Assembly (NCBI GenBank): GCA_030704615.1
Contig: CM060732.1
Span: 12,276,001 to 12,340,000, forward strand
Reading direction: 5' to 3'
DNA length: 64,000 bases
Source of the DNA: Takakia lepidozioides
Taxonomy: Eukaryota; Plantae; Bryophyta
Position numbers and translations under genes: made by a program. The notes under the pieces are model-generated. The model made no database searches, was not told where the DNA came from, and was given only the letters and a program-made list of their open reading frames with translations. This document shows positions 1 to 12,684 of the stretch, piece after piece; position 1 is the stretch's first letter, and each line of letters opens with the position of its first letter.

Positions 1-826
1 TAAGTGAACGCCTCATTAGACAATCGAACGAATTTTGATTGATCTCGTATTACGTATCACGGTGTTGTGCAATGGCAAGATTCTCAAAAGCCATGGGCAT
101 GACTTTCTTGAACAACTCTGCACGCTGATCACATGCACGTACCCACACGTCCGGATCATCAAGGTTAAGGACTTGAGCAGTGTCCCTACGAATGGCTGCA
201 CGTAAATCCGGCTCTCGGCCAAAGAGAAGGAAATATGGTGAGAAGGAGGCAAGTGATGCTTGTTTGCTGAACCTGTAGCCCATGGCTAACCAAGGCACTT
301 GAAGATCCCAATCTCCTAGGTGTCCCTTCTGCAAGCCATACTTGCGCAAACCCCTCTTCACCATCTGAACAACTCGCTCTGCCAAGCCATCGGCCTCAGG
401 ATGATCCCGAGAAGTGGTGTAGTGGTCTATCAAGGCTTTATCACACAAAGCCTGAAACTCCCCCAAGAACTCTCTCCCTTGGTCCGTGAGTACCTCAGCT
501 GGAGCACCAAATTGGCTAAGCACACGATCCAAGAATGCATACGCAGCCCCCTCACTAGCCTTGTCAGGCAATGGAACCAACTCAATCCACTTGGAGAAGT
601 GCTCCACCATCACCAACACATATCTGTGGTGGCGCATAGTCAGTGGCAACGGTCCTGCGAAGTCAAGACTCCACCTGTAGCCCAATCCCATGATTGGTAA
701 AGGATGCAACTGTGGTGTAGGGGCGTTGAATGAAGCACGCACCCTGTCACACACCATGCACCTAGCCACGAATTGTTGCACCTCTGTATGCATACCATGC
801 CACCAATACTGCCCCTGCAGTAAACC
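1..826 (-). pseudogene. Integrase core of element A (N-terminus deleted, runs off the window)
   Basis: ORF 50..835: CMVC, WSLDFAGP, VLTDQGREF, DGLAERVVQ (D,D35E). Highly similar to the integrase of F. Confidence 0.92.
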
Positions 827-1790
827 CCTTGACAAACCATCTATAATAGTTTGCTAACCCCATGAAAGCTCAAACTCGGCTCACATCCGTGGGGCGTGGA
901 ATTTGTGCAATGGCCTCTACCTTAGTCTGCTGTACCCCCAATCCTCCAGGATATATCATGTGACCCAGATACTCAATCTGGTTGTGGAAAAACTTGCACT
1001 TCCCCGGATGCAACTTCAATCCGCGCGCTCTCAAGCGCTCCAATACCACCTGAAGGTGTCTCTCATGCTCCTCCATCGTAGCACTAAAGATGATGATGTC
1101 ATCTATGTAGCACCGAACAAAGTCCATCCCTGCTAGAATCCTATCCATGACTCTCTGAAACTTTGCAGGAGCATTCTTAAGCCCAGATGGTAAGAACCGC
1201 CACTGATATAGGCAATCCTTGCCGTGCTCATTGATCCCCCAGAATGTTGTCTTCTGCTTGTTCGCCTCCTTGATCGGCAACTGGTGATATGCGGATCGTA
1301 AATCCAAAGTGCTAAAGACCTTAGCATGCCCGATGGCATCAAAGATCTCCTCTGGTGTTGACATGGCATACTTATCGGACTTGGTCTGACGATTTACAGG
1401 CTGGTAATCACCGCACATACGTCTCTCCGTCCAATTGCCATAGACATCCTTCTTGGCTGGCATCACTGTGGCTGAAGCATACTCTCCACCAAACCAGCCT
1501 CCCAAAGATCTTGAGTCCTCATCTGAATCAAAGACCTCTCCATGTCACTGTATCTATAGGGTCTCCGAAAGATTGGCGTGTCAGTGGCCAACTCAATACG
1601 AATCTCTTGACCCTTCAGTGCTCCCAAGTCCTTCAAATTGAAGGCAAAGCAATTCCTGTAAGCCCTCAGGAACCGCCATATACGTCGTCTCTCTCCTCCG
1701 GTGACAATGGGTCCAATGTCAGACTCCCAATTGTCCTCCGTAACTGCAACCTTAAGTCCAGTGGACTTAGAGGTAGAGGACGCGTCCAAT
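827..1790 (-). pseudogene. Reverse transcriptase of element A (frameshifted; RNase H deleted)
   Basis: ORFs 1463..1789 and 870..1505: PIFRRPYR, RMCGDY, LDLRSAYHQ, GLKNAP, YIDD, YLGH. Confidence 0.92.
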
Positions 1791-2099
1791 GGTTGCTATG
1801 TTGCAACCTCTTGAGCAGTACTCCATGCCCGCTCAGTCAATGACAAGGCCTCATCCTGCCCCATCATCTCATCCTCGAGGACCTCCTCAACCCGAGAAAA
1901 ATCCCCTGCAATCTCATCCATCACCGCCGCCCTGGCTGTCAACTCCCTCTGAACCTCGAGCACCTCCCACGTGTGCCATGGATGCCTGCACCCCGTGGTC
2001 TTCTCATGCTCGCCCCCACTCACTGCCTGTACCATCTCGGTAGGCAGAGAGACCATCGAGGGAAGTGTACTCCACACTCTGCGTTGCTCAGCCATAGCC

Positions 2100-3040
2100 A
2101 AGCTGATAATCCAGGTCAAGCAATTGAGATCCATTGCTTGCCCAACACCTGACGACGTGACGTCACCGCCGTGGTACCAGTGATAAAACCCATTGCCCGC
2201 TCACGCTCGTCAGCATTATGCTCCACTAACTGCTACAACTGAGCATCCCACAGGAGGCCAGGTCCATTATCCCGGAAAGCATGCGATCCTGGGAAGCTGA
2301 GCAGTGTAGATAATGCTGCTCGTGGTTGACCCATCTTGTTGACCATTGCCAAAGGCGAATGGTCATCGTGTCTCATACGCTAAGACTGCCTCCCCGTGTC
2401 CAAAATGCTATCCATTGTGAGGTGTGCTGGCTGCTGCACCCTATCAAATGTACGCTTGAGCAGTGTGGGTGACATCAAGTTAGTCCACCATAGTCGTGGA
2501 CGATGAGCTTGTGACCCCACTGTAGCTGCATCTAGCAACACTGCTGACCCAAGCCATGACCGGACTTGATGCACACTGGCCATCACCTTGGACCGAGAAT
2601 CGCCCATCAGTGGCACATTCTCCAAGATGTATGCTGGAGATACAGCTTGATGAAGCTGCAAGTGGTGCAAAACCCGCACCATCTCCCAAAACAGACCCGA
2701 CCTCAAGTCTCGCAATCCATTGCCATGCCCGGCTGATGAATGCCCTTGGCAGGGCCAACCTGCCACTACCAGATCAATGGAGCCAACCCACTCCAAATCA
2801 TGCGCCCCCAACAACAAAATGTTTGCTGGCAAGGCCTGATGATATCCATGAACTGCAGACACCGGCAACAACTCAGGGTACTGCTGCACCAACTGAGCAA
2901 CATGGCGAAGTGAAACGCATCGTGCAGTCTCATCCCTCTCCACATACAGGTAACGCCGAACTCGTACACCTACCTGTAACACAGCAGCCAATCCGGTGCT
3001 GATCCCGCCAAACAAGTCCAGAAGACAAATGCCTTCATCT
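2100..3040 (-). pseudogene. C5-cytosine DNA methyltransferase domain within pol of element A
   Basis: Motif I LLDLFGGISTG (3001-3033), motif II YVE, motif IV GWPCQG (2743-2760), motif VI ILENV (~2614-2628), motif VIII QAHRPRLWW. Past a stop: motif IX ERERAMGF and motif X RRQVLG..MDLN. Confidence 0.9.
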
Positions 3041-3339
3041 GGATACTGCCACACAATAGGTGTGGTATCCAATGGTGACAACTGAGGTGATCCTGGTGCA
3101 ATCCCCGCACTCTCCTCCTTTCTTGATGGTACAAAAGCCTCCACCCAGGCTTGTTGCACCCGTCGATCAGCAACCCGCTGTAAATCCTTGCTTGTGCCCC
3201 ACAATGGAGTCTGAGCAACCATGGCAGACAACTCTGCCATACCATACATGTCATCCTGCTCTGCTAGAGATGACACATCCTCTGAATGAGCGTTGCCCTC
3301 TAGCAACTCTCCAGGCCAAGTTGCCCCACCAACCAGGAC

Positions 3340-4609
3340 ATCGTACGAGACCGCGTCTGTCACAATGGCCTTAGCTCGCATCACTGAGCCATCTGTAGGG
3401 TGATCCGGCCGTAGTCTGATAGCCAACTCACGCCGTGTCATGCCCCGAACCTGCTTTGATCCTCCCAGAGACGTCTGTATCTGGAAAGAACAAGGCTCCA
3501 TATCCGCCTCCGTGAGACCCAAGCCTACAATAGCAGCTTTGCCCAACATCAATGGTTGAGCTCCCGAGTCCAACAAGACCCGCAGTGGCCGGTACCTCTT
3601 GCCTGCCAGTCCACTCAAACAGAAAATGTCATCTTGGTTGTCTAACATGACAACTCCAGGTGTCATCATGGCGCGTTCAATGGCTGGCCTAGCTGGCAGC
3701 TCCATGAACCTGGCAGCTGCAGCTTGCCATGGCGCCGCCGTGGCAGTCTTGACCCTCAAATCCGAGGATCCCTTCGGCACTATACCTCCCACTATCTCCG
3801 CAGAAGATGAAGTAACATCCCCACTCTCACAGAGTGTAGCTACGAGCCTGAACACCTCAGCTGGTCTTACCCCCGGCGTCGCAATCATGGTAGCCAAGAA
3901 CAATGGAGCCTGGCACATAGATGTGGCCACTCCCAGCAGCACACTAGCTACCGTAGCCTTGACAACACTAGGTAGTGGTGCTACCCGTGTAGCTCTCCCC
4001 AATGACATAGTAACCTCCGCCTCGATAACAGTCGGATGAGAACTAGGTGCCATGGATGGCGTCGACACTGTCTCCGCCAATGTGAATGACTGAGGAAGCC
4101 TAGCCTGACGGCTTGCCTCCCCACGCTGTGGATCCAACTCCACCTCTGCACCTCGTGGCTCAGGAACTCGTGCTGCTCCTCGAGTCACGGCTGCAGCAGA
4201 CTCCACCTGCACTAGTGGTAATGTTGCTCTGCGCATGAATCCCATATCTCAAATCTCCTCCCTCAAGAGCAGGAGGTGGACCATCTAGCCTTGGAGCCGG
4301 TACCATCTGAGCTGTAGCCATGGCAGCGAGCCTCTGTTCTAGCTGCTGAAGCCGGTTGGCCATGCCTTGGTCAACACCCTGACCTCCGCGTCCTTGGCCA
4401 TGTTGAGCTTGCCATTGGCCTACACCTCGTGCCTGGCCACCTTGTCCTCTCTGGGCTGCCCCACCTCGCCCCCGGCCACCATTGTTCCCTTGGAACTGGC
4501 CTGGGCGCAACTCAGGATGCAAACCATAACACTGGGCCTCTCCATGCCCGTGCTTGCCACAATGCCCACACTGCAACTGTGCAAGCTATGCATATGTCGG
4601 CCCTTTGCC
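3340..4609 (-). pseudogene. Gag C-terminus (CCHC knuckle, G/Q-rich) and aspartic protease of element A
   Basis: CGHCGKHGHGEAQC in ORF 4160..4576. VLLDSGAQ (~3555-3580) and DVLVGG in ORF 2380..4245. Confidence 0.85.
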
Positions 4610-6769
4610 TGTAGTGTGAAAAGAAGGGGCGTGAATCCCCTTCTGTGCAATTCTAATTGTGCTCCTCCCCAGTTTTGAAGCGGAGCAAAAGAAAGGAACT
4701 CTCTTCCAGTGATCCAACCATCGTCACTCGGTTGTGGGTTTCCCTCAAGTCCTTCATGATCAGAGTTTACACAATCCTCATCCACGCCGCAGCGGAAGAG
4801 AAGACATGGATGGGGAGTCTGTATTGTTCTCACCCTTGGTTCTATTTTTACACGACATCCTTTCCCTGGGGTACAGCACCAGCCATGCTACCATGTTGTC
4901 TTCAGTGATGCAACCAGCCCTACGTCAGTGATGAACACTGCCCTTGTGGGCAGCTCCCTTGGACAATAACACGTGGAAGCCCCTTTTTGTAATAAGATCA
5001 CAATTTAGAAGGAGGCAACTCAGATCTGCCATGAACTACAGGCCCACCGGTTTGGCTCTTCATGGGTTCATGTTTTCTTTATCTTACCTCCCCAATCTTC
5101 ATCCCTCATCAACCCCTCTTGCTGGTCAGCTCTCTCCCTTTGTCCTTTTTTTCTCTCTCTCTCTCTTTCTTTCTTTCAGGGTCTGCAGATTCCTCACTTT
5201 TTCACAATAGCATGTCTAAGATGCAATGCAATGCGCATTCAGCCAGGCATCCAGTGTACCCAGCATTGAAATCAACCTTGGTCACACAAGACATAATCAG
5301 CCCCTTTATCAGTTCCTCTCTTGCCAATGATAGATGCTTCACACTCCCCTTTTCCCAGGTGTAGCCATTTGCCCAAGACAGTTCTCAACCCGTCTACAGG
5401 TCTCAATTTACACACCCTGACAGCTCTCTTTTTCCCATCAACTGTGAACCTCAGTTGTTCACATGCTGAGAGCACTCTGAGAATCAGATCCAAACCCCAA
5501 ACAATGTTGGTTTTTCTGCCCCATCCACATCATCCCTTCTGCTCCTTCCAAACAGTTCTATCTAACCTTCACTGGTTTCCTCTACCTACTAAGCTAGTTC
5601 CACATTGGCTGCAATGTGTCAACATCCAAGGCCACATTGTTTTCACAGGCTCATGACACTGAAACAAAGAACAAGAATACAACAAACAGCAACCATTCTG
5701 ACCCAGCGATGAGTTAACCCTGTCCCCACTCATTTCTCCTACTGTGCAATGTAACAACAGGTGCATCCATTTCCAGCCTATCCTGGTTTGAAGTCCAGTG
5801 TCCTCATTCCATTTCCCAAAGCTCTTTTCTTCCTCACATATCTGTGTCTCTTTCTACATACAAGAGATAGTCCAAAACTTCACAAAGCGATTTCTAAGTC
5901 ACCCAAAAAGGAAACCAACACTCTTCGAACTTATCTGTCTTATACTCCAGTGAAGGGGTGGGTCTGCCTGTCAAGATGGCACCTCATCAACTCTGTCATC
6001 AGCCACATTCAACGCTTCTTCTTATCGTGATTCCAGTCCTCATTATGTCATGACGGCTCTGCTTCATCTGCTGACAACATCCTTGTGTCTGCCAACCTCT
6101 ACCCTATCCTTCTACATGTGCACTTCTTCCCTAAGAATTGATCTGGTCCTACAGCAATAAGACAGAAAGCAGCTACAAGTCTTAATTACAGATAACCTGA
6201 AGCGCCATACACACCAGCCTGCACTTCTCCTGCCCCAACAGCTGTTGAGCCGCTCCATCTCCTCATAACTGTGTTCTTCAAGACCATGGCGGCAGCGGTG
6301 GTGCACCGCTCTCATCACATGCTCAGCCTTCAGAATTGATCATTACTACGAAGAAGGTGGCACCGCTTCCTCTTGCACAGAATGCCAAGCAAGAGCCTTT
6401 AACGTTGCTCTTTAAAGCAAGCTGATTCCCCTTGCGCAAGTGGAACTTTCTAAGACATACTGTGCTGCCAACACCACTGCAGCAGCTCCGAAAAGTTGCC
6501 CGCACTCTTCCCCTTCGTTTTTCACAGCCCGAGCTTCGAGGTTTAAACATCATCGATGAAAATCATTCATCCTAGGGATGAAAAAGGCGCATGTCATAAC
6601 TTAGCCATATTTTGTCCAGGCAGAGCAATAGCATAGTGTTCCCATGGAATTACCTGTAGTCATGGATAATTCCTTCCCCTCATTAGCACCAGGGCACTCC
6701 CTTCGTAGTAATGCCGAATCCTGATGCCAAACAAAAATTTGAATGTTTACCCCCTGCATTCACACTACA
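4610..6769 (-). repeat. 3' LTR of element B
   Basis: Near-identical to 38361-40816; TG...CA ends; adjacent to the PPT. Confidence 0.95.
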
Positions 6770-6792
6770 TATGTAGTGTGCCTCCCTTTTTT
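6761..6792 (-). other. PPT of B (AAAAAAGGGAGG, 6781-6792) followed by the perfect palindrome CACACTACA-TA-TGTAGTGTG (6761-6780)
   Basis: Read directly from the sequence. Confidence 0.9.
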
Positions 6793-6819
6793 AAGTGTCA
6801 GGGTCCTCACTGACCATTT

Positions 6820-7863
6820 TCATGGCTGACCACCTATTGGTGGTATGAAGGGTTTCAAATCCCTCCTACTCCTTATCCATTCCTTGTCTGCCCCATCTCT
6901 CAACCTGCATCTTCGTGCAGCTTCCCCAGTTCTTGTGGTGCTTCCTGCATCCTTGTACCCCAAAAAGTCATAAGGTCCCTCCCATGGAGATGTCATGGAA
7001 GACCTCTTTCCAGGCCTCAACATCATTACCTTGCTGTTTTCCATCAACTTGCAGTAGGTATGCCCTGCTTGATGCCTCCTTTCATAATCCCTTGCCTGCT
7101 GACGCTGCCCTTTCTTCACACTTTTTCGCAGCTTTGCCTTCATCTCTGTGAGGAGCTGGATTTTCTGCTGCATCATAAGTGTGACCTCTGCCACAGATCC
7201 ATCAAAATTCACTGCTGCTGTAAGAAATTGCAACCTGTTGTCAATTCCCAGCCTTGGAATCCTACCAATCAGCACTTGAAAAGGTGAGAATCCGGTCGAA
7301 GCATGAACACCCATTCTGTAACCAAACAAGGCTTTGTAGAGATTCTGATCCCACTCAGTGTCGTTTCCAACTCCTAAGGTGGTGATGCTCTGTTTGAGAG
7401 ACTTAATCACCCTTTCCACCATACCATTACACTGAGGCCAGTAAGGGGCGCTATGCTCCCTTTTTATACCATATTCGCGGCATGCATCTTCAAACTCGCC
7501 TCCCCACTCCGTGCCGTTGTCAGTGAGCAGTGTGTGTGGGCAGCTATACCTGTCGATCACTTCTTCCACCAGAAAGCGGGCTGCAAGTGCTGCTGTGTGA
7601 TCTGCCATTGGTGCCGCTTCTATCCATTTTGAAAAGTGATCTATTGCCACCAGAAAGTACTGATTTCCCCTGCTGGTTATAGGTAATGGTCCTGCCGTGT
7701 CAATTGCAACTCTGAAAAACAGATCCACTACTGGAATACTGTGCAGTTTTGAGCTACCTAAGCGCAACACTCCGTTCTGTTTAGCCATCTGACATTCGCC
7801 ACAGCCTTTGAGTACTTGCCTGATGAGTTTTGTTCTGTCATGCCAGAAATACCGTCGGCATAT
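6820..7863 (-). pseudogene. Integrase of element B (HH half of the HHCC zinc finger lost at the D junction; no chromodomain)
   Basis: ORF 6820..7881: CGEC, VAIDTAGP, LLTDNGTEW, NGMVERVIK, WEGPY. Confidence 0.92.
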
Positions 7864-8325
7864 CCACGTCACCATTAACATGCGCCGCCTATAACCGTGG
7901 ATGGTCCTATGACCGTGGAATTAATGCAGGGAATCTTGCCTAAATAGAATCAAGACGAGCATTGAGGCCTACAATTGCAGCATCCAACATTGTGCAATTA
8001 CAAATGCTTGTTTCACTTTTACAATTACGAGGACGACAAAATATCCTCACAAAGTGTGCGCCATAAAGGCTGCCACGGGAAGACCTTCCTCCCTCCTCAA
8101 ATAACAATGAGAGTTAGGATCATCTTCAAAAGATGATTGTAGTGCATAGCGACAGCAAGACATGTAGACTTCGAACGGTGCAATGACAAATGTGCACTAC
8201 CTAAAAGTTGTCACTCAGAGCTCACTCCATATAGTTGGAGGCCATATCATTGCACAGCCGACGAATTGATGTGAATTACACATTTCAAATCATGGTCATC
8301 CACATACCACATTACATAGTTCATG

Positions 8326-11300
8326 CTACCCATGTGTTGTATCCCGCTGCAAAAGAGTATCGACCTCGTTGAAACTCATAGTGGCCTGGTGAATGAAGTT
8401 GTCACGTTTGGGATCGCAAACCATCCTCCTCAAAAATATGAAATACAAATGTTTGCAGGGTATGAATTTACCTCTCTTGCCCAAACTGGTTGATAGCATA
8501 TTCACAAAATCAGGACATGTGCAATTGGGGAAATTGGAAACCGTGATGTCGTAGGTCCTGTCATGAACAGCAGATGTGGAAGTGATGATTGTGAATACCC
8601 GACCATATCCTGGATCGGGTACTTCCGTGGTGCTTCCAACACGAGCTTGGAGCATTCTTGCGGACTCCACTTTGCCAAAGTGTTTAGCGGTTGGAGGGAA
8701 ACGCCGAACGAGCTTTCCATCTCGTTTGGTTGCCCACAAGTCAGGATTTGCCGGGGGACCCGGGAGGACGCAGAAGTAGTAGCACATGCATGGAGTTGGG
8801 GTTGTCTCGCAAGGGAAAAACCTGCCTCCTCCAGCATTTCAATCTCCTGAAAGCTGAGATGTGTTCCCACCTTCACGGGCCAAACGGTTGGAGGAGTTGG
8901 CTTCATCACTACGGAAGGACGCACAGTTCCATGCACACATCTGGCACAATCATCTGCGCAGAACCAGAACTTGTGGTTCTTGGCTTCTGGTTGACCGTAT
9001 GGACGCATCAAGCCCGTGAAAGTCGGAGCAGGAGTTCGGGCACCACCTTTGGATATAGATGAAGTGCACTTCTCGAAATTAGTTGCCCTGATCGCTGTAC
9101 ATTTCACACGAGACCCTACACTTGTGCGTTCTATGTGCCAAACGTGGTCGGGGCATGCGGACTCAAGCACATCAAGGGGGTTGTTTCTCTCCTGCACCAT
9201 TTCAGTGGCACTATTTGATGCTGGAGCTTGCCGTCGTGTTGGAGGTTCCTCCACAATGGAGGTTCCGGACATGGAGCTGTCATGCAGGGGAACACGAGGC
9301 TTCGAGAAGTTATCACGGTCTGCCCTGTGGGAATCTGAATCCGAACCCGGTGGAGTGTTCAATTTCCTCTTACAGGAGCCGAATCTCTCCTCCCCTTCAA
9401 GATGTGGAACTCTAGAAACAAGTGGCGTTCCCTGGGCATACATGCTCACTGCCCGTGCTATCTTGATTGGATCCCCAGATCTGTTTGCAGCACGCAACAT
9501 CAACTCCCATTTGTCCGGACCCTTGCCACCAACCCTACCTCGTAAGAAATCACGGTATCGGGTTTGTTGTTGCAAGGCACGTATCAAATCATCTGTTGTT
9601 GCCACATACAAATCCCGACCTCGTTTCCCAGACTGCTGCAACCATGCGTTGTGCACAGTTTCTGCCAAATTGCAAGATGGCATGTCCGCCATTTCCTCAA
9701 TGGACATATTCTGCAAAGAGGATAACCACACTTCAGAACAGTGCACAGGAAACAACATAAAGAAAGTAATGAGTCAAAATATGGAAAGCAAATATATGAA
9801 TAAAGCATGAAATAGAAGCCTCGTACCATTGTCATGGCTGCTCCCCACTGTCTATACCGGAAGTGCCAAAACGCCAGCCAATCTTCCAATGCTCTCATAC
9901 TCTCAAGTGATGCAGCTCCAGAAGAGAACCACCATGCACGAATTGTCTGGAACAAAGTGTCCGCCTCCTTCATTGTTCTAGCATCTTTGTACTCTTTGCA
10001 CAATTTACGGTGCTGAGTCTGCATCTCTGGTTTGATGTCCGACTTTGTATGTTTTTCCAGAGATTGTGTCAAATGGAATAGACATGTACGCTCTCTTCCT
10101 GGCATAGGCACTTTTGGGTCGCCCGATCCGAAGACAATACGAACAGCATTGAAATTTGCTTGAGCACTATCCGCCATGAAACCTGCGAAATTTGGAGATG
10201 GCAGCCCATGGCAGCCCATGACACGTATCAGGAATTCCACATGAGCTTCTGGGATTCCGTATCCTCGGATTGCATGTCACAAACTGCAATTGTCATAACT
10301 CGTTGGTACACTGGATCGTAGACATGACAAGCCATTGTCGTCCAATCCTTCACTCGTTTCACATGATCAAACATAAGAAAACAGTTCTGCAAGTCCCCAG
10401 TCTTCTGCATCCGCTTCACGAGGCTAACCCCACTGCCCTCCCCAACAGTCGACATTTTGAAAAGAATAACTTTGATGGCACCTTGACCTGGGAATACATT
10501 GTCCTGGATGTAATCGTACTTGCTCACTCGTTTCAATTCCAAAATATTGTCTATGTAGCCTCTGATCCCAGAGCCCATTCTCAATGCATTGATCTGATGC
10601 CGAATGTTAGGTGAACTTAAAGTGGAGAAATGATCCATGACCAGGTCCAATGCTGCACTGTCAAGTTTAGTCCCACAGAATCTCCTTCACTCAAAATATG
10701 GCTTTCCAAGAAGGACTTGCTTGCACCAAGAGCAATTGCAGATGTTGTTGCGGATGGGTTTCTCCCGAACTCCTGTTTGATCAACCTCGATACTGTCTCA
10801 ACACTCTCCCTGTAATCCCCCTCGAGACATGATGGTTATGGAATCCAAAATGCACACAAGCTCTCGTCATTGTATTCAAACGGTGGACAACATAGTACAT
10901 TCTTGCTCCGCAGAGCGCCAAACAGGATGGCACAAGTTTGCAGAATTTGCAGACAAAAGTGTTTGCCAGTGGAGGGGCAGTCCCAGGCTGAAATGGATTT
11001 CCGCCAGACCCTCCCATTCGCTTTGATTATGAACCCCAGACTGAAGAAAGTGTCTGCAATTCAAATTATCACACCTAAGGTGTCCATTGCAAACTGTCCT
11101 CCTGAAAACAAGCTTGTCATCATTCTGAATATTGGATGTTTTTGTTCTGCACCACGGGTGCCCGTCGTGTTTCTTGTCCATTCCATGCATCATGATTGTT
11201 ACACCTCCAACTCGCGGAGGTGGAGGCAGCTCGAATAGGATATCGCCATCAAAAGTCTCCGGCAAGAACTTCACAGGCACCTGCTTCAAAGATTCCCAAT

Positions 11301-11836
11301 CAATTCCCCGCAACTCACTTTTGAATCCAGCCATTCCTCCCATCGCCCGCAATTTTGGAATGACACTACAAATCTCTTCTTCATCAGCTTCTCCAACCAC
11401 AGTAGGAAGGACTGGATTTGGAATTTCACTTATGTCATCATCGGAAGAATCCGAAAGCTCAACAATTGGAGTGGAGGACGTCTGTTCTTTTTTCACCACC
11501 ACCTCCCTCTTGTCTTCAACGACCGAAGCAGCAGTCCCGGGCGTCACATATGACCCAAGGGACTTTCGCCGAGGCTCTCCAAGTACTCTGTATCGACCAG
11601 GACGCACTCTCCACTGGCTGATATGAGCCGTCTCATCACGGTTTTGGAAAGAGTATTTCAACAACTTCCCTTTAAGATCGTACACCTCTTTCTCCAGAAA
11701 AGATGGAGCCATTCTGCAGCTGAAAACGGGTAGCCAAGACATGTTCCAGAACAATTGCAAATCCATTGTCAAGGACTTCCTGGGAGAACGGCACTGGTTT
11801 GTCGTCAGAGAAAAAATCCGCTTCAGAGGAAGCCAT
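8326..11836 (-). CDS. MULE-type DDE transposase (GCM-like Zn domain, DDE core, Cys-rich domain, SWIM); intron 9711-9826; several frameshifts
   Basis: Motifs HPWCRTKTSN..CNGHLRC, FLMFDHVK, FMADSAQAN, CLFH, CNLAETVH, CTCPDF..PCKH. Start MASSEADFFSDD aligns with E. Confidence 0.85.
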
Positions 11837-12684
11837 CTTCCTTCCTCGCGTACGTTTATACCTTGCTATCGCAGATCTAGTGTAAATCGGTTTACTGATG
11901 TCTCCAGAACACAGTTGAAGAATGAGCAGAGAATATGGCGGAGGAAGCTCAGATAACGACTGTGCATATTATGTTATTCTTTCCAGATATGCAGCCGTCC
12001 ATTTTAATTACTTTTCTTGTGGGCCCAGTGGTCAGAGTATCCCTAGGTGCAGTGTCGGCAGCTGTAAAACCGTTAACCAGAACCTCATCAATAAACCCAA
12101 AAACAAAGCCGACTTCTGGAAGCATGCCACAGGATCTGAGAATGGGATTGCAGATTAAGTAAATGTATCTATATACTACTACCAATGATCATGCGCACCT
12201 GGAAAGTTCAAAATGTGAAACGAATGTGGGGTTTGGCTAACAAGGATGACCGTGTATGATATTCCAAGATTTGTCATCAAACTCTCGTTCATTTACATTT
12301 ATTTGTGTGAGATTTCTCCAAAATTTCTGGGATTCGCTGTTATTTTTAAATATTGAAACCGTTCTAAAAAGAACACGCCGTTTTTTTTGGGCGACACACG
12401 TCAGACATCCATAACTGAATACGAACAGCTGTACACCAATTGCTGGCATGTGCACTAATAGGGAACGACTATGTGTAACGGTCACGCGGGAGGGAATCCG
12501 ATGCTTCTAGAGACACGCAAGAACGCAGGCAATCCCGCAAGAAATCGGGAGTCACTGCGTTTTTAACTTTTCGCGCTTAGAGGGAGAGTGGTAGTCAAGC
12601 TGGAGAGGGTTCCTTCTAGAATACGAAAGAGAAGAAAGTCTCTTTATTTTACTTCCTTAAGAGAGACGCAGAGCAAGAGAGAAA

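Noticed and set aside
8326-11836. Zisupton/KDZ or host FAR1/MUSTANG assignment for the SWIM-containing transposases
   Set aside because: The catalytic motifs are MULE-type (D, D, CxxH, NxxE), and the sister elements have TIRs and 9-bp TSDs inside retrotransposons, so these are mobile rather than domesticated.
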